Source of the DNA: Gonapodya sp. JEL0774
Lineage: Eukaryota
DNA: 64,000 nt
NCBI GenBank assembly: GCA_027604505.1
Contig: JADIIX010000061.1
Coordinates: 62,001 to 126,000 of the forward strand
Reading direction: 5' to 3'
The position numbers and the translations under genes were made by a program. A model generated the notes under the pieces. That model worked only from the letters and a program-made list of their open reading frames with translations, was not told where the DNA came from and did no database searches. The stretch's first letter is position 1. Each line of letters starts with the position of its first letter. Below, in pieces: positions 37,001 to 49,530 of the stretch.

Positions 37001-37394
37001 CGGTCGGAGTGTTCACATCACAAAGTGGCACCCGGTGCTGTCCGCCGTGAACGGTTCCGGATCGCCCCGATGGATGTTCCCCGCCGAGCTGGCTTCGACG
37101 GTCTCGTGCACGGCGGACACGGTGTGCTCGGTCCTCCTGGAGCCGGAATTCGAGTCGCTGAATCTCGCCGAGGGTAAGGTGAGGGCACCACGGGAAACCC
37201 TTGCGATCGCACGTCCCCACACGGTCATCTTGTCCCGGTCGAACGTTCCTGCCATCACGCTGGCGCACGGTCTGAGGGACGCTGGGAGACGGGTAGCAAG
37301 CAAGGATGGCGGATGGGTCGGGTGGACGCATGTGGTGGAGCACGAGTTGTTCGGAACGGACGCAGTGGTGGAGCAGATGGAATCGCGGATATAG
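34078..37394 (+). CDS. U-box + vWA + Vwaint + Hint (Vint-type) domain protein
   Basis: U-box LVCPLTQVLFVDPVVDHEGNSFEREAIEKWL...SPITR...PNRALR. vWA MIDAS residues VVDVSGSM / STNL / LLTDGQPN and FIPDSGMVGTAFVN. Vwaint [27 protein letters not shown]. Hint GG|CFLPSTPVLLA...LCKGDLV...HITKWHPV...ITLAHG...HELFG. Six exons. Confidence 0.88.
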
Positions 37395-39114
37395 AATGGA
37401 GGGCGGAAAGTGCGTGCGTGAGTGGGGAGGAGTGGATCGAGTTTGTGGGTGGGATTCATGGCTTTAGGCGTGGGAACTGGGTTTTTTGGTTGCCCTGACG
37501 CCATCTGATCTGAAAACGTTTGATTGAAGCCAGCTTATAAGTTTTTCTTTAAAGACGCGATTGGTTGCAACCACTTCTTTGCATTTTGTTATTTCTTTCG
37601 TTGGTGCCATAACGTTAACAATACATAATGTGTTTGAAGATAAGATCGCTCACTGTAGCGGTCTTTGAATATGAAAGCTAGAGCGTATGGAATTGGAGAG
37701 AGCAGAATATGCATGACGGGAACAGCTGCAGAAGCTGAGAAACCCTGGTGTTGCAAAACAGAAACATTGACATTTCGGTCACTCGGGCTTGGAAACGATC
37801 TACGTGGGGATCCGAGAATTGTTGTACAGGTCAAACAAACACGCATATGCTTCTCCGCAACAATTTCGAACTTAACCAAGTAAGTTGTTTATCGGTGTAT
37901 TGATGGTTCCGAAGTTCAGCAATGACAACATCTCCTTGACCGCAGTACCATTGCACAGTTGCAGGCGGACTATTTACTGGAAAGAAATGGACACCCGAGG
38001 ATAATATTACAGGGGGAATGGGGAATAAAAAACTCTATAAAATCTATGCTCTATAGTCTATGGATCGCTCATCGCAAAACTAAAAGCAAAAAAAGAAACC
38101 TTTTCGACAACCGCACGACTCCCCAGACCACCACTCCACCCTCCGCCCCTCCGTCCCACCCACCCACACATCCAACACCCGCGCCACCCTTCTTCCCATC
38201 CTGTGTCTTACACTCCCACCACTGTCATCAAAGACGAACACTCAGGACCGCACGAGACCAGGTTGGTTGCCGACGCCAATGTACCAATGCCCACCAGGCA
38301 CCTGCGCTTTGGCCCCTTCACCGGCTGGGGACATGCCGGAGGGTGCGTAGATGGATCGAATGCCCTCACGTCTCGCTTGCAATGGATCCCTTTGACTGAA
38401 AGTTTGGGCAAAGGGGGCCAACAATGGCAATGAGGATGAAAACACACATTGAATGAAACATATGACTCATGACTCACACTGAGGGTCACCAATGCGTTGC
38501 CTTGATGACCCTTGCGAGACGTGACCACTTAAAAGAGTCATTGGGCCGACTCTTCCACCAGGTGCCGTTGGGAAGGTGATGCAGAGTCTCGGGTGTCGAC
38601 TTGGCCGATCACTGCTCAAGAAAACCTGATGAGTGCGAGGCTACATACTAAAGTAGAAAATATAGAGGCTCACCTTGCGAGCTGTTAGTGCGCACTTCTC
38701 CCCATTCGAGGATACTAAAGAGTGCATCCTGGTGGTGGCTGGGCATCGATATAACCTGGTCCTGGGCAATGGCTGACGGTATGGTCCTGCTAGCGGATAA
38801 GTGTCTCTGGACTTGAGCACAACCTCTGCCCCCTCGGCTTCCCCAACCGCACCTCGCCCCCACTCGGGCCAGCTCTCCCCCCTGCCACCAGCACCCCACC
38901 GCCAACACTCCAACACGCCCCACGCACCTCCCTCCCGCCACCTTAGTCCGGTCTGTTCTGGAAATTCCACCCCGCTCAACCACCTCAACCACCCCCCACC
39001 CCCCTCAAACCCCGACCCCTCCACCCACCCGTCCGCCTCCACCTCTCATCACACCCCCTCCACCTCCTTCCGCCCCCCCCCGCCCCCTACTCCAAACGTT
39101 CCGCTGGTGGAAAC

Positions 39115-40379
39115 TCAAAACGTCCCAGTTTTGCCTCCACCACGCCCAGAATATCGTCCAGGAAACACATTCCAATATCCATTTCCAGGTAGAATGCGTG
39201 TTTTGCGAAATCGGACTCCTTGGCCTTGCCCTGGGTGTACTCCATTGAGTCGGAGGACGTGTGTGCAGTGGATGGAGAGGAGGAACCAGAGTTTGAAAGC
39301 GATGGAGATGTACTCTTTGCGTCTGGTGTTATCTGCTCCGCGCCAGTGCCAGCAGATCCGAGCGAACAAATGGGGTAGGGGCCGACATGCGCTGGGCCGG
39401 TGGCTTCTTGAGAGACGGAGGACGGGAGGAGGGGTTCCACTGCAGAATCTGCGGGAGCGTTGCGGCGAACGAAGCGAGGAGTGGCGGCCCGACGTGGGCG
39501 AGGCGGAGCTGGACGAGTCGGGAGCTGCGATGGTGACGAGATACCGTTTTACGAAATGGGAATAAGAACACAAGAAACAAAAACTCAGTTCTTATACTGT
39601 AAACCCAAGACAATATCGAAACAATGACTAACCGCTCCATCGTGCTCATCGTTTAATGGTACGAGAACCGTACCTGGGCGTACCGCACGGGCGCTTCTCC
39701 GAGGGGCCGGCTACAAGAACGCAGTTTCCACAAGGTGTCAGTAACAAATACAACTTGGATCGCCACGCAATAGGCGAGCTACTGTGAATAATGAGAACTC
39801 ACCTCCGTCCAGGGTTCTGGCTCCGGGACCCGGATACGATGTCCTTGCCCCACGGCGAGAAGTATTGCCCGCCGGGCGATCTCGAGCGTGGTGATCGGGC
39901 GGGGCGTGAACGGTGCCTTGGCGACCGGTATAATTACCGGGAGAAGCTCTTCGAGGAGCTGGTTCAGGTCCTGCAGTGATACAAAGGGTTCCATGTGAGT
40001 GTGCAATATTCGGAAGAAACGTTCTGGGTGTTCAAAGCCATCATAATGCCAAAATGAGGGAACTCACGGTGACCTCGGTGGCGCCATCAACGACACAAGT
40101 GTGCGCCGTCACTGTGGGAGACGGAGTGGTCAGAGGAGGAGGAGGATGTGCTGTTCCGGTGCGGCGGAACAGTCCTTTCACGGCGTCAAGAATGTTCCGC
40201 CGAAGGGGGGGTGCAGAGGTTGAGTCTTCGGTGGGGGCCTGACTGGGCAGAGCTTTGGAGAGAAACGTCCGGCCCGCCTGAGTCGCCATCGTGGGTGAGG
40301 TAGTACTTGAGGGAGTGCTTGAGGGAGTGGAGAGGGCAGGGTGAGCAGCTGCGGGGCGTAACGCGGAAAAGAACGGCAT
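39115..40379 (-). CDS. Hypothetical spliced protein, no recognisable domain
   Basis: ATG at 40379 plus GTGAGT/GTACGG donors and CAG/TAG acceptors link ORF pieces 40041-40379, 39779-40006, a short exon near 39675-39711, and 39115-39573 in compatible phase. No homology recognised. Confidence 0.35.
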
Positions 40380-43295
40380 GTCCTTGGTAGTTGTAGTTGA
40401 GCAAAAGAAGAAGAAAAAGTATGGGGTATTTGATTGAAAGGAAGAGAGGGCGCGAAGTTGTTGGACTTCAAGAAGCCAAAACGATTAGCACGCGCCCAGT
40501 GGTCCAATTGTGAGATTTCAGAATACTCACACGAACCACGACGGAAAGCCCACAGGATGCACATAAATACAGCGATGATGATGATCGATTCGAGATTCGG
40601 TTGTGGCAATGGGTGGGTGAGTAAAGAAGGAGTTGGGTCAGCGATCAGATGAAACACGACAACACGATCAAGACAGACGATGTTGACGCGACAGTCCCAA
40701 CAACGAGAGGATTGTAGCGATCTCTCTTTCAATACTCACGACTGTGCGTGTAGAAGAGTTCAAATGAATGGACGACGGGTTGTCCGGTCGCGTCGGGTGC
40801 GAGATTGTGAGGAGCGGGAAGACGGCGGGATGTAGACGGGCGGAGGACGAAGAGTTTGATGTAGAGGTTGAGAGCGCGATAGATTGAGTAGCGATTAGTC
40901 GATTTAGTGAGTTGATCCGAAGAATCAGTTGCGATGAGAGCGCGCGTTCGTGGACCTTTTATTTGCCACCGCCCGAGCTGCCCATCTCCGACCTGGGCAT
41001 CCAATCCAAAATTCATTTGGCCGATCCAGATTGGCTGGGTCCAGAATCAACGGAATGAGAATATGAAAACTATGACAAAGATTCGTTCGGAATATTCAGC
41101 TGTGCAACATCCGCACGTCGTCCACTATCCAGGCCAAGAAATCTTATGAATCGAGCTTCTGGGATGCCACTGGTGCTCTGAATTTGAATACGGAACTTTT
41201 GCAGAGTTCCATATCGCAAAATCGGATTCTCGTTTCCCCCAAGCGGCGAACGGTCTCGGTGGGAAGAAATAGTTGACGTCAGCCGACGGCGGCGAATATT
41301 CAGCCGCATCAACAAGGGGGGTCCCATCTCAGTCCGCAAGCACGTGAGATTCGAAGTTCATTCGCTGGCGTTTCAATGATTGTTTCACATCGCATCCGTG
41401 GATTCGAGTGTCTCCACAGTTTCGTTCGTCGCTGGTGCAAGGACGGAATTCGTTGTCCGGTTTCGTTTCATGAACCTTGATGGGAAGCTCTAGCCACTAC
41501 AATAAGACTCAGAAGTCTATGCAAAGCAGGCTCCCAACTCGCGGGGTGGAGATGTGTCTATGTATGCGTGCCGATCGCCGACAGACCCGTCTCAAATGAA
41601 ACCTTCCCCACCTGCCATCCTCTCGACTCATCGGTCTCATCTCGCTCAATTCGAGTAACCATCTAACACGTTTCTACTGCAATCTAGAAGCCCGTTTGAT
41701 GGGTGATGGCGGTCGAGATGCCTACGATGAAGGGCGTTCGGATTTTTGCTCCGCGGGGGATGCGATCGAAGATTGCAACGTTCAGGAGAGTTAGAAAGAA
41801 TGAAGTTTCTCGAAAACTGGCGGTTCGTGTGGGCAGGTCGTGTCTCCTTTGAAACAAACCAGTCAGAACCAGTCGGTCATTGAGTCGCTCGCGTCTTTTC
41901 CAAACGACCGTGGAATATATTCAAACACCACTTCGAAGCGGCAACAAGGAACGCTCAAGTGAAACATGAATGTATCGGAAAGGTCAATGAGCACATGACG
42001 AGTACATACGCTGTCGACTCGCAGACTGAGAGCCTTGCTACATACGTAACTTCAACAGTTTCTCGCTAATACCATTGCGCGAGTAGCCACGACATGTTCT
42101 CTCATATAAACACCATCAAAACAGTACGGCAGCGAAAGAGATATTTTAGCCAACGTTGCACCTTCCCGTCGGCGCGTTCAAGTACCAATTCAACATCTTA
42201 TGCGTTTGGCAGTTTATCTTTTGATTCAATTCTTTTTTGCGGTACCCGTTTCATTGAGAGAGTGAGTGCATGTCACAATTACGTGACGTCCTTCCTGGAA
42301 AATCCCGGCAAACCAGGTTCGGCGAAGCAATCTATGTTCACTTTTCTTCGCTTTCATATGACTTTGTGCGCCTTCTGTGAGAAGACGAGAGGGGAGGGTC
42401 GAAGAAAACGTTTTTGTCCTATCCTCAACAAACCGGACGGAGAAGTTAAAACTTTTTGCACTGTCGTTCGTGGGACCACGTACAATGCGTAATTAAGTGT
42501 GTGACGAGATGCAATGACCTTTATCAACAGCATCATATGCTTGTAAACAGTCAGGCCGTGCAACAACTGATCACGGCAGGGCCCCACGATACATATCGAA
42601 TCAGGTCGCATGCATTTCGCAATGACATGACCAACGTCCGTCACGCACACGGCAGCCCGACTCCGTTCAGGGCAGCGTTTGGACCATTTGGGGCCTGGTG
42701 CTGGAGTTCTGTGAGCGATTGCGACTAGACGCTCTTCGACAATCTACTCACAAAGCGGTCACGACATGAGCCTAGAAGAAAATATGTAAACCGCTATTAT
42801 GGATCAAAATTGCGGAGAAAACGTGTGTTGGTGGGCTGGGATGCTGCGGCAGGGGGATCGTCCGTGGTTGGCGCCACTTTTGTGGCCCTGGACGAGAGAA
42901 GGTCGATTAGCCGGACATTCTTCGACGGAAGACGACGAAAGAAAGGGGGAACCGAGTGAAAGAAAGAAGAGCGAATTCAGCACAACACAAGAGCGGCACG
43001 GGAATCGGGAACGTGAGAAGACGGGGTCGGTGAGTGTATGGGAACTTTCAGCCACGCAGTTCGGGTCGATACGATGGAGAATCACCCAAGAATCCAAGAC
43101 CAGAAATGATGGAAAAATGAACGGGACACGACGATAAAAGACGATGAGGTGTGGAGAAGCGTGTGGGATGTGATGGGGGAATCGACAAAGACTTGGTTTG
43201 ATTCGGAAGGAAATTGCCCGCATCCTCGACAACGACCCAACCTGAAACCATCGACCATCCATCTAATTACCACAGCGCTGTTTACCACACGGAAG

Positions 43296-46200
43296 ATGCT
43301 GGGTCAGATCGATCCGGACTTGCTCGACACCGAGCCACCCCCAGCAATGCACGACCTCGAAGCACAGCTGGCCAGAGAGCGAGCAGCATTGTCGTCGGCG
43401 CAAAACCTGCTCAAGGCTCACGCCAACGACGCTAGAGCAGTCGCCGTCGTCGAGAGGGAGGTGGCCGCCTCGCTGAGAGCGGTTGCGTGGATCGAGGGAG
43501 AACTCGCAGTGCTCAGACGAGCACACCGTATGAGACTCCACCTCATGCAGATCCACCAGCAGGAGTTGCTGGCTCAACAAGTCCAACAGGGCCAGCAGGG
43601 TCAGCAAAGCGAAAACTCTGATGGCTATTCTGGAGCTGGTGGGATCAATCAGGGAACCGGGGTCGGTCTGGGTGGTGGCAAGCCAGCATCTTCGAACGGC
43701 CCATCTCCTCGCGCAACCACGGCCACCTCCACAACGTCCGGAGCTTCGAGTAACGCAGCACCTCTCACACCAGCTGCTTCCACACACTCAACCCCGACAC
43801 CGAAAGGGAGCGACACCAGAGATTCCTTCTCCTCCACAGCAGGATCGTCTCGTGGTGGTGTACCCCACATCAACACTCCACCACCGCAACTTCCGAACTA
43901 CTCGTCACCTCCGATGTCCCCGGACACCTCCTCTTCTCCCTTTTGGGTCCCCTACCAGGAGTATACCTCGCCCCCGACAACCCGCGAACCTGCCCCGGAT
44001 CCACCTTCGGCAACGCCGGCTCAATCACCCACGGTATCGGCGACATCACGATACCGACGCCGAGTGGGCAACACCAAGACTACTCAGTCGGCCATCGGTA
44101 GTGTCGCGCCGTCGCTCCCGTCACCAGTCCCCCTGCCAAGTCCAACCACCACCCCAAATCGACAAACTGCTCAACCTCCTCAGACCCACACTCAACCAAC
44201 AACACCTTCATCTGCCTTTACAATGTCCCCCGTCGCACCCACTGCCTTTGCCATGGCACCAGTTCAACCCTCCGTCCCTTTCCCACGACTTCCAACTGCT
44301 GTTCCACAGCCGCAACCATACTCATCCCCAACGTCCCCTACGACAGGTTCACCCGTCATAATAAAGTCGTCCTCCGCTTCGACTGCAACGCGCCGGAGCA
44401 CCAAGACTATGTCGATAGCTTCCACTGCGTCAACCGTCACTGTTACACAGCAGCCAGTATCCGCGGCGACGCCTTCGACTGAACTCTACCAGCTCCCCGC
44501 GCCTGCTTACGGAATTCCACTCACCCCCTACCGCCCGAACCACGCCTCTTCCTCATCTTCTAACTCCGCCTCGTCATCCTCTTCCTTCCCTACCGTCTCC
44601 TCTACCCTTCGCCTCGCCTCAACCCGGGACTCAACAGCTTCCTCCGTAGCCACACTGACCCGTCGCACTACTGCCACCACTGCTTCGACGTCTACCTCTG
44701 CGCCGAATATTTCATTACCTGATGATCCACCGCCTGACCCCGACCAGCTGTTCAGGGCGGTACACCTCCCTTCGCCACCTCCTGAACCCCCTCTCTCGGT
44801 ATCATCGACGACATCCTCAACAGCCACAATTACGCCAAGTACAGTAGATAGTCAAACTGCTGCGACTGCCAACACCTCACTCGAAACGAGTTTCACCAAT
44901 CCATACAGCACCACGTATCCTCCAGTTCGACAACAGACCTACCCGCCCCGCACATTCATCCCCCCTTCCGCGTCACCACCGCACATCTCTGCCGCTGCCG
45001 CAGCAGCTCATATACACGCTCATGCGCACTCATCGCCCACCTCCGGTGTATCCGCGCCTGTGCCGACCCCAGCAGGTGCTCCTCCCCAGCTGGAACGACA
45101 GGTGCATGTCCCACTTGGATCGCACCCAGGCATCGCGCAGTACATCAGTCAACCCTCTGGGAGTGGATCAGGATTGCAAGTCCACAACCCAGTGGTCCGA
45201 AGCGCTACGGAGCCAAATTTATCCTCCACATCGGGATCGACGCTGGCAGGACTTCCGTCATACACATTGGCATTGGCGTTCGACCAGGACTATCACTCGT
45301 TCCATCCTGCGTCGTATTCATCAGTGCATGCCAGTGCCACGGGATCCGCCTCCTCGAGCGGCTCCGCACCTTCGGGAGCCATGGCGACCAAACCTCTCAA
45401 GCGGGCCACGTCAGCATCAGCTGCCACGGTCGCATCCTCGTCACCACGACCTCCTACAGGTGCCTCGAACCACCGAGATAGGACGCCAGATCGGCCGTTT
45501 TACAACTCGCCACATCCCACTGCCACTCCGTCACCAGCACCAGATGTGGACCCCGCGGACTTACACCTGCTCAGATCGTTTGGCGGGTTTAATGCCCCAC
45601 CGTCTGTTCTGGCGGCATCAGGGACACCTGCTGCACAAACTGGAACTACTGGAACGCGTCCGGTGGACGGCGCTTACCCAGCTCCTCCACGACCCTCAGG
45701 GACAACTCCGGCCACGTTGCCAGGGTTTGGTGGTGGAAGAGCACCGAGTCCTGCGGCACCGGGTGGAGTAGTCGGTGGCGTGGTGTTGAATGGGTTGAGG
45801 AGGGTGTTTGGGACCAAGCGAGAGCCGTCGCGTGGAGCCGCCCCGGACGACAAGCGAGGTATCTTCCGAATGGCGACTACGACCTCGAGGGATCGAACAC
45901 CATCTGCGCCGCCACGGATCGGGGCGTTTACGATTTCGGCACCGATTTCCGCCCCTACCCCGCCGCAACCCACTGGTCCACCGGCACCTATCGAGACCCC
46001 ATCAACACCCCCCTCTTCCGCAACCGCGCCGACCACGCCTACGACTGAGCAACAGGATGAATCTCGTCCAAGAAGTCGTGACTCCAATCAGAGACCCACC
46101 ACAACAACGCCTACGAGACCAGGCCGGTTGCCAGCGTCAGCTGGCACTCCCGCCGCCGCCGCTGCTGCGTATTTGCTCTCACCTCCACGATCTGCGTCGA

Positions 46201-49195
46201 CAGGCGGGTCTCTAAGTGGTGGTGGTATGTCCGAGGACGAAGATCCGAGGGAGGCAAGGGCTGGTGAGCGTAGTACATTGGAGCGGAGGGGACGGAGGGG
46301 CCAAAGTGCGAGTGCCGCAGAAGGAGAACTGGAGAGGGATGGGGGCGTGAGGAGAGGTCACTCAGTCTCTGCTGCCTCCGCAATCTCGTCATCGAGCTCC
46401 GGGGCCGGCGTGGCAGGGTTTGCTTCTCTCGGAAGAGACAGTACAACCGCGGGCGGAAAAACGCAAGCTTGGAGTTTTGCGGATGGGGACGAAGATGAAG
46501 ACGAAGATGATGAAGACGCGGATGTGGAATGGGGTCCAGGAGAAATATTGAGAGCCGCAGGGTTACCCGAGCCAAGAATTGCAGGCCAGGTGGGTCTGGA
46601 AGAGGAGGAAGAAGGAGCAAGGGGAGGATTCGGTGAGTTTGAAGGGAGTCACCTTGTGGTGTCCATGAATCTGCAATTCTTACCGATATGACCATCTGCA
46701 AAATGCTTCCGATGTTCTAAGATCTTTGGCTTGCCGATTACCCCCTCACTCCGAACAAACTCCGACTCCGGGTTCGGTCTTTGCTTCGACGTATCCGTCT
46801 CGAGCGTCGCGCAAGAGACGCTGCCGATCGGGCGCTGGCTGTACTTTCTTCACGGCAGAATCCCACGCCCGAAGATTTGGAGCGGATCAAGGAGGTTGAA
46901 GAACGGGGTAGAGAGGCAAAGCGGAGAGAGGTGGCATTGGCCAGGGCTGTTGTTAAATATGCGAGGAGATGGGAAGAGGCTGGGGGTTCCGAGGATGGTT
47001 TCGAAGAAGTGGCACAAGGAGGAGGTATGTTGCAGAGTTTCTCCCTAATGCTACTGGTTTCTTTCGTTCGTTCACATCTGGAAAACATGATGTGCATGTT
47101 ACAGAACCTACAGAGCCTCCCCCTCATCCCGCTGTTCACGGTCTCCTTCATGTCTCCGTACTTGCCGCGGTTTCACTGCCTCACCGTACTCCTCGCACAT
47201 CCCTCACTGCTTCCGTGTTCCTTGACGGTGCTGAAGTCCACCGTACTCCTCCTTCTCGGGCGGGAGTCTGGCACGACCCTGATGCAACGATCGGACGCAA
47301 GGGCCCCCGGCAAGGGGTTGTAGTAGAGCTTGAAGGAGGTCGTGAAGTGGAAGTGGTCATCAAGGAGCAAACACGGGGAAGGAAGGCCAAAAGTGAACCA
47401 CAGGTGGTCGGTGTCGCGTGGTTCGCTGTTGCTGAGGTGGCCGAGGTGATTCAAGGACGGAAGGTCCCTGATAGAGGCAGCGTTGTCGGCGGCGAGCAGG
47501 GTACGAGTGCTACATTGGAGAGAGGCTTTTCGAGGAAGTCAAGTGTGAAAAGCTTCTTAGGAAGCTCAGATGGAGATGGTAGGGCTGCGGTGATGGAGGA
47601 TGGTGGTATGATGGTATGGATAGAATCGGAACCGGGTGGCCAGATACTTTTGAGGCTCAACTTTGGTAAGTCCCACTCGCATAGTGTCAAAAATGGATAA
47701 CGTGAATAACGACCAATCAATGATGGGGCTCTGCGCACTATCTAGTCCCAGGTGGTGGTCGCCCGCGATCCCGCACACCTTCCGCTGCTGGATCTGCTAC
47801 TGCCCGCCGCCGACCTCCTAATTTCAAGCGCTTCCTCCACGCCCGAGGACACAGATTCGTCACAAAAGGCCGCTACCAGCTTGTTCGCTGCGCTGCATGT
47901 GGGGAACTCCTTCTTGCAGGAGGAGTGACTTGTGAAGGTGACTTGGATCGCATTTCCGCCCTGCAAAGAAATGATTTCTAACGATACCTCTTTTCTCCGT
48001 CCTCTTCAATTTGTGCAATCCTTTGTATATCGTAGATTGCGATCACACCGTCCACAAACACTGTATTGAGCGTGTCGTCGATAAGTGTTTCGCTTCCAGT
48101 GGTGACTCTGGTGACAGCCCCGGGATTTTGCAGCGCCACCGTATTCCGCACCGATTTGCGCCGTTCTTCAACCCTCCCTTGGGAGGTAATTGGTGTATTC
48201 ATTGTGGCCATCTTCTCGCAATTGGCCGGGCGGACAACAAAAAATGTACCGAATGTGGTGACGCCTGCCATGAGAAGTGCGAACCACTCATCCCAAACAT
48301 GTGTGGATTGTCGAGGGATGACACCATGCGCATTATGGTCACCATTGAAGAGATAGAGGTGGATCGGTCGACGAGGAGAAGGGCACTGGCCGCCAGAGCT
48401 GCCCAAGAGGAGGAGCTAAAGAGGCAAAAGGAGATGGCAGAAGCCGAAGTGGAGCGAACGCGGAGAGCAAGGGAGGCCGCGGAAGCTCGACGGGTCGCGG
48501 CAAGAGCCAAAGCCGAGGAGGAGCGGAGGGCTCGGTGGGCAGCAGAGCGTGCAAGGAAGGCAGCTGAAGAGGCAGCGTGGCAAGCGGCAAACGTAGGCCT
48601 GGTGGCTCACCAGCAGCAAATGGAGTTTTTGGCGAGAGCTGCGCAAGCAGAAGAGGACCGCAAACGCAGAGATTCTTTTGCCAGGACAATGAGTGTTAAG
48701 TCTCAGACGAGTGTTCGGTCAGCGGCAATGAGTGTCAGGTCGGATACCATGAGTATGCGATCAGACGCTCCTACAATCACCCAAGATGCATTCCTCAGGC
48801 AGAGCAGACACGAAGCTGAGGACTGGGAAGCCGCTAGTGAGAGATACGTTGCGGAGCGTGATCAACCGTCCCTCCCGTACGAAGATGAAGAAGAGCCGGA
48901 AACGGATGAGATTGCCGCAAAGTTTGAAGAATCTCAATCCACCTGGACGGACCAGCTCGAACAGATGAAGTTCAAACTTGAGTCGGAAATGCGCAAATTT
49001 TCCGAGGTCTCCGTGAACGAGTCGGGCTCTTTCAGTCTGGACTTGTTTGCAGAATTCGGAATCTCAGATGCGCGACCCCCTTCTGCCACCCCTCCTACCA
49101 CGAGCAGCAACTCAGTACCGGTGGCTCATCTTCGGAGCATAAACGAATGGGTTGACTCCACACCGCCCGCAGAGCAGTCTGCGAATTCTGGGTAA
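43296..49195 (+). CDS. Pkc1-like regulatory-module protein (HR1-HR1-C2-C1-C1) lacking a kinase domain
   Basis: HR1a DLEAQLARERAALSSAQNLL...WIEGEL. FDLWLADYPLTPNKL followed by HR1b. C2-like HGLLHVSV...GREVEVVI...WIESEPGGQILLRLNF. C1a GHRFV...RCAACGE...CEDCDHTVHKHC...KC. C1b HRIPHRF...NWCIHCGH...CTECGDACHEKC...NMCG. An Ala/Glu/Arg helix and acidic tail follow, then the stop at 49195. Confidence 0.85.
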
Positions 49196-49530
49196 CGAGA
49201 ACCGGAGGTGGAATGAGGTCACAGGTTGGAGATAACTTATTATTTTGAGATTCATTTGTTAGATGAGTTTCCGCAGTTTAGAGTGGAACATTTTCGGATA
49301 GCTCAGGGGCCATTCGCCATGTTTTGTGGAATAGCGTACGAGTACGAAACAAATTTATTACCTTTCACATGGAGGTAGTATCAATGACCCACATAAGTTG
49401 GTCAATGTAATAAAACGGAAAACATAGTGAGACTTGTATAAGAATTCGAGGATCCCAGTTAGTGCAGAATTACTGATTGGTCAGAAACCGTTGTTTCCGT
49501 TATTAGTGTTGCCACTACAAACAAACGGTA

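Noticed and set aside
36773..37394. Mobile intein with a homing endonuclease
   Set aside because: No LAGLIDADG/HNH motifs and no terminal His-Asn followed by a C-extein; the context matches a Vint-type Hint domain instead.
38801..39565. 254-aa plus-strand Pro-rich ORF
   Set aside because: It has a GTG start, arises from the C-rich tract, has no domain and overlaps a minus-strand model with better splice signals.
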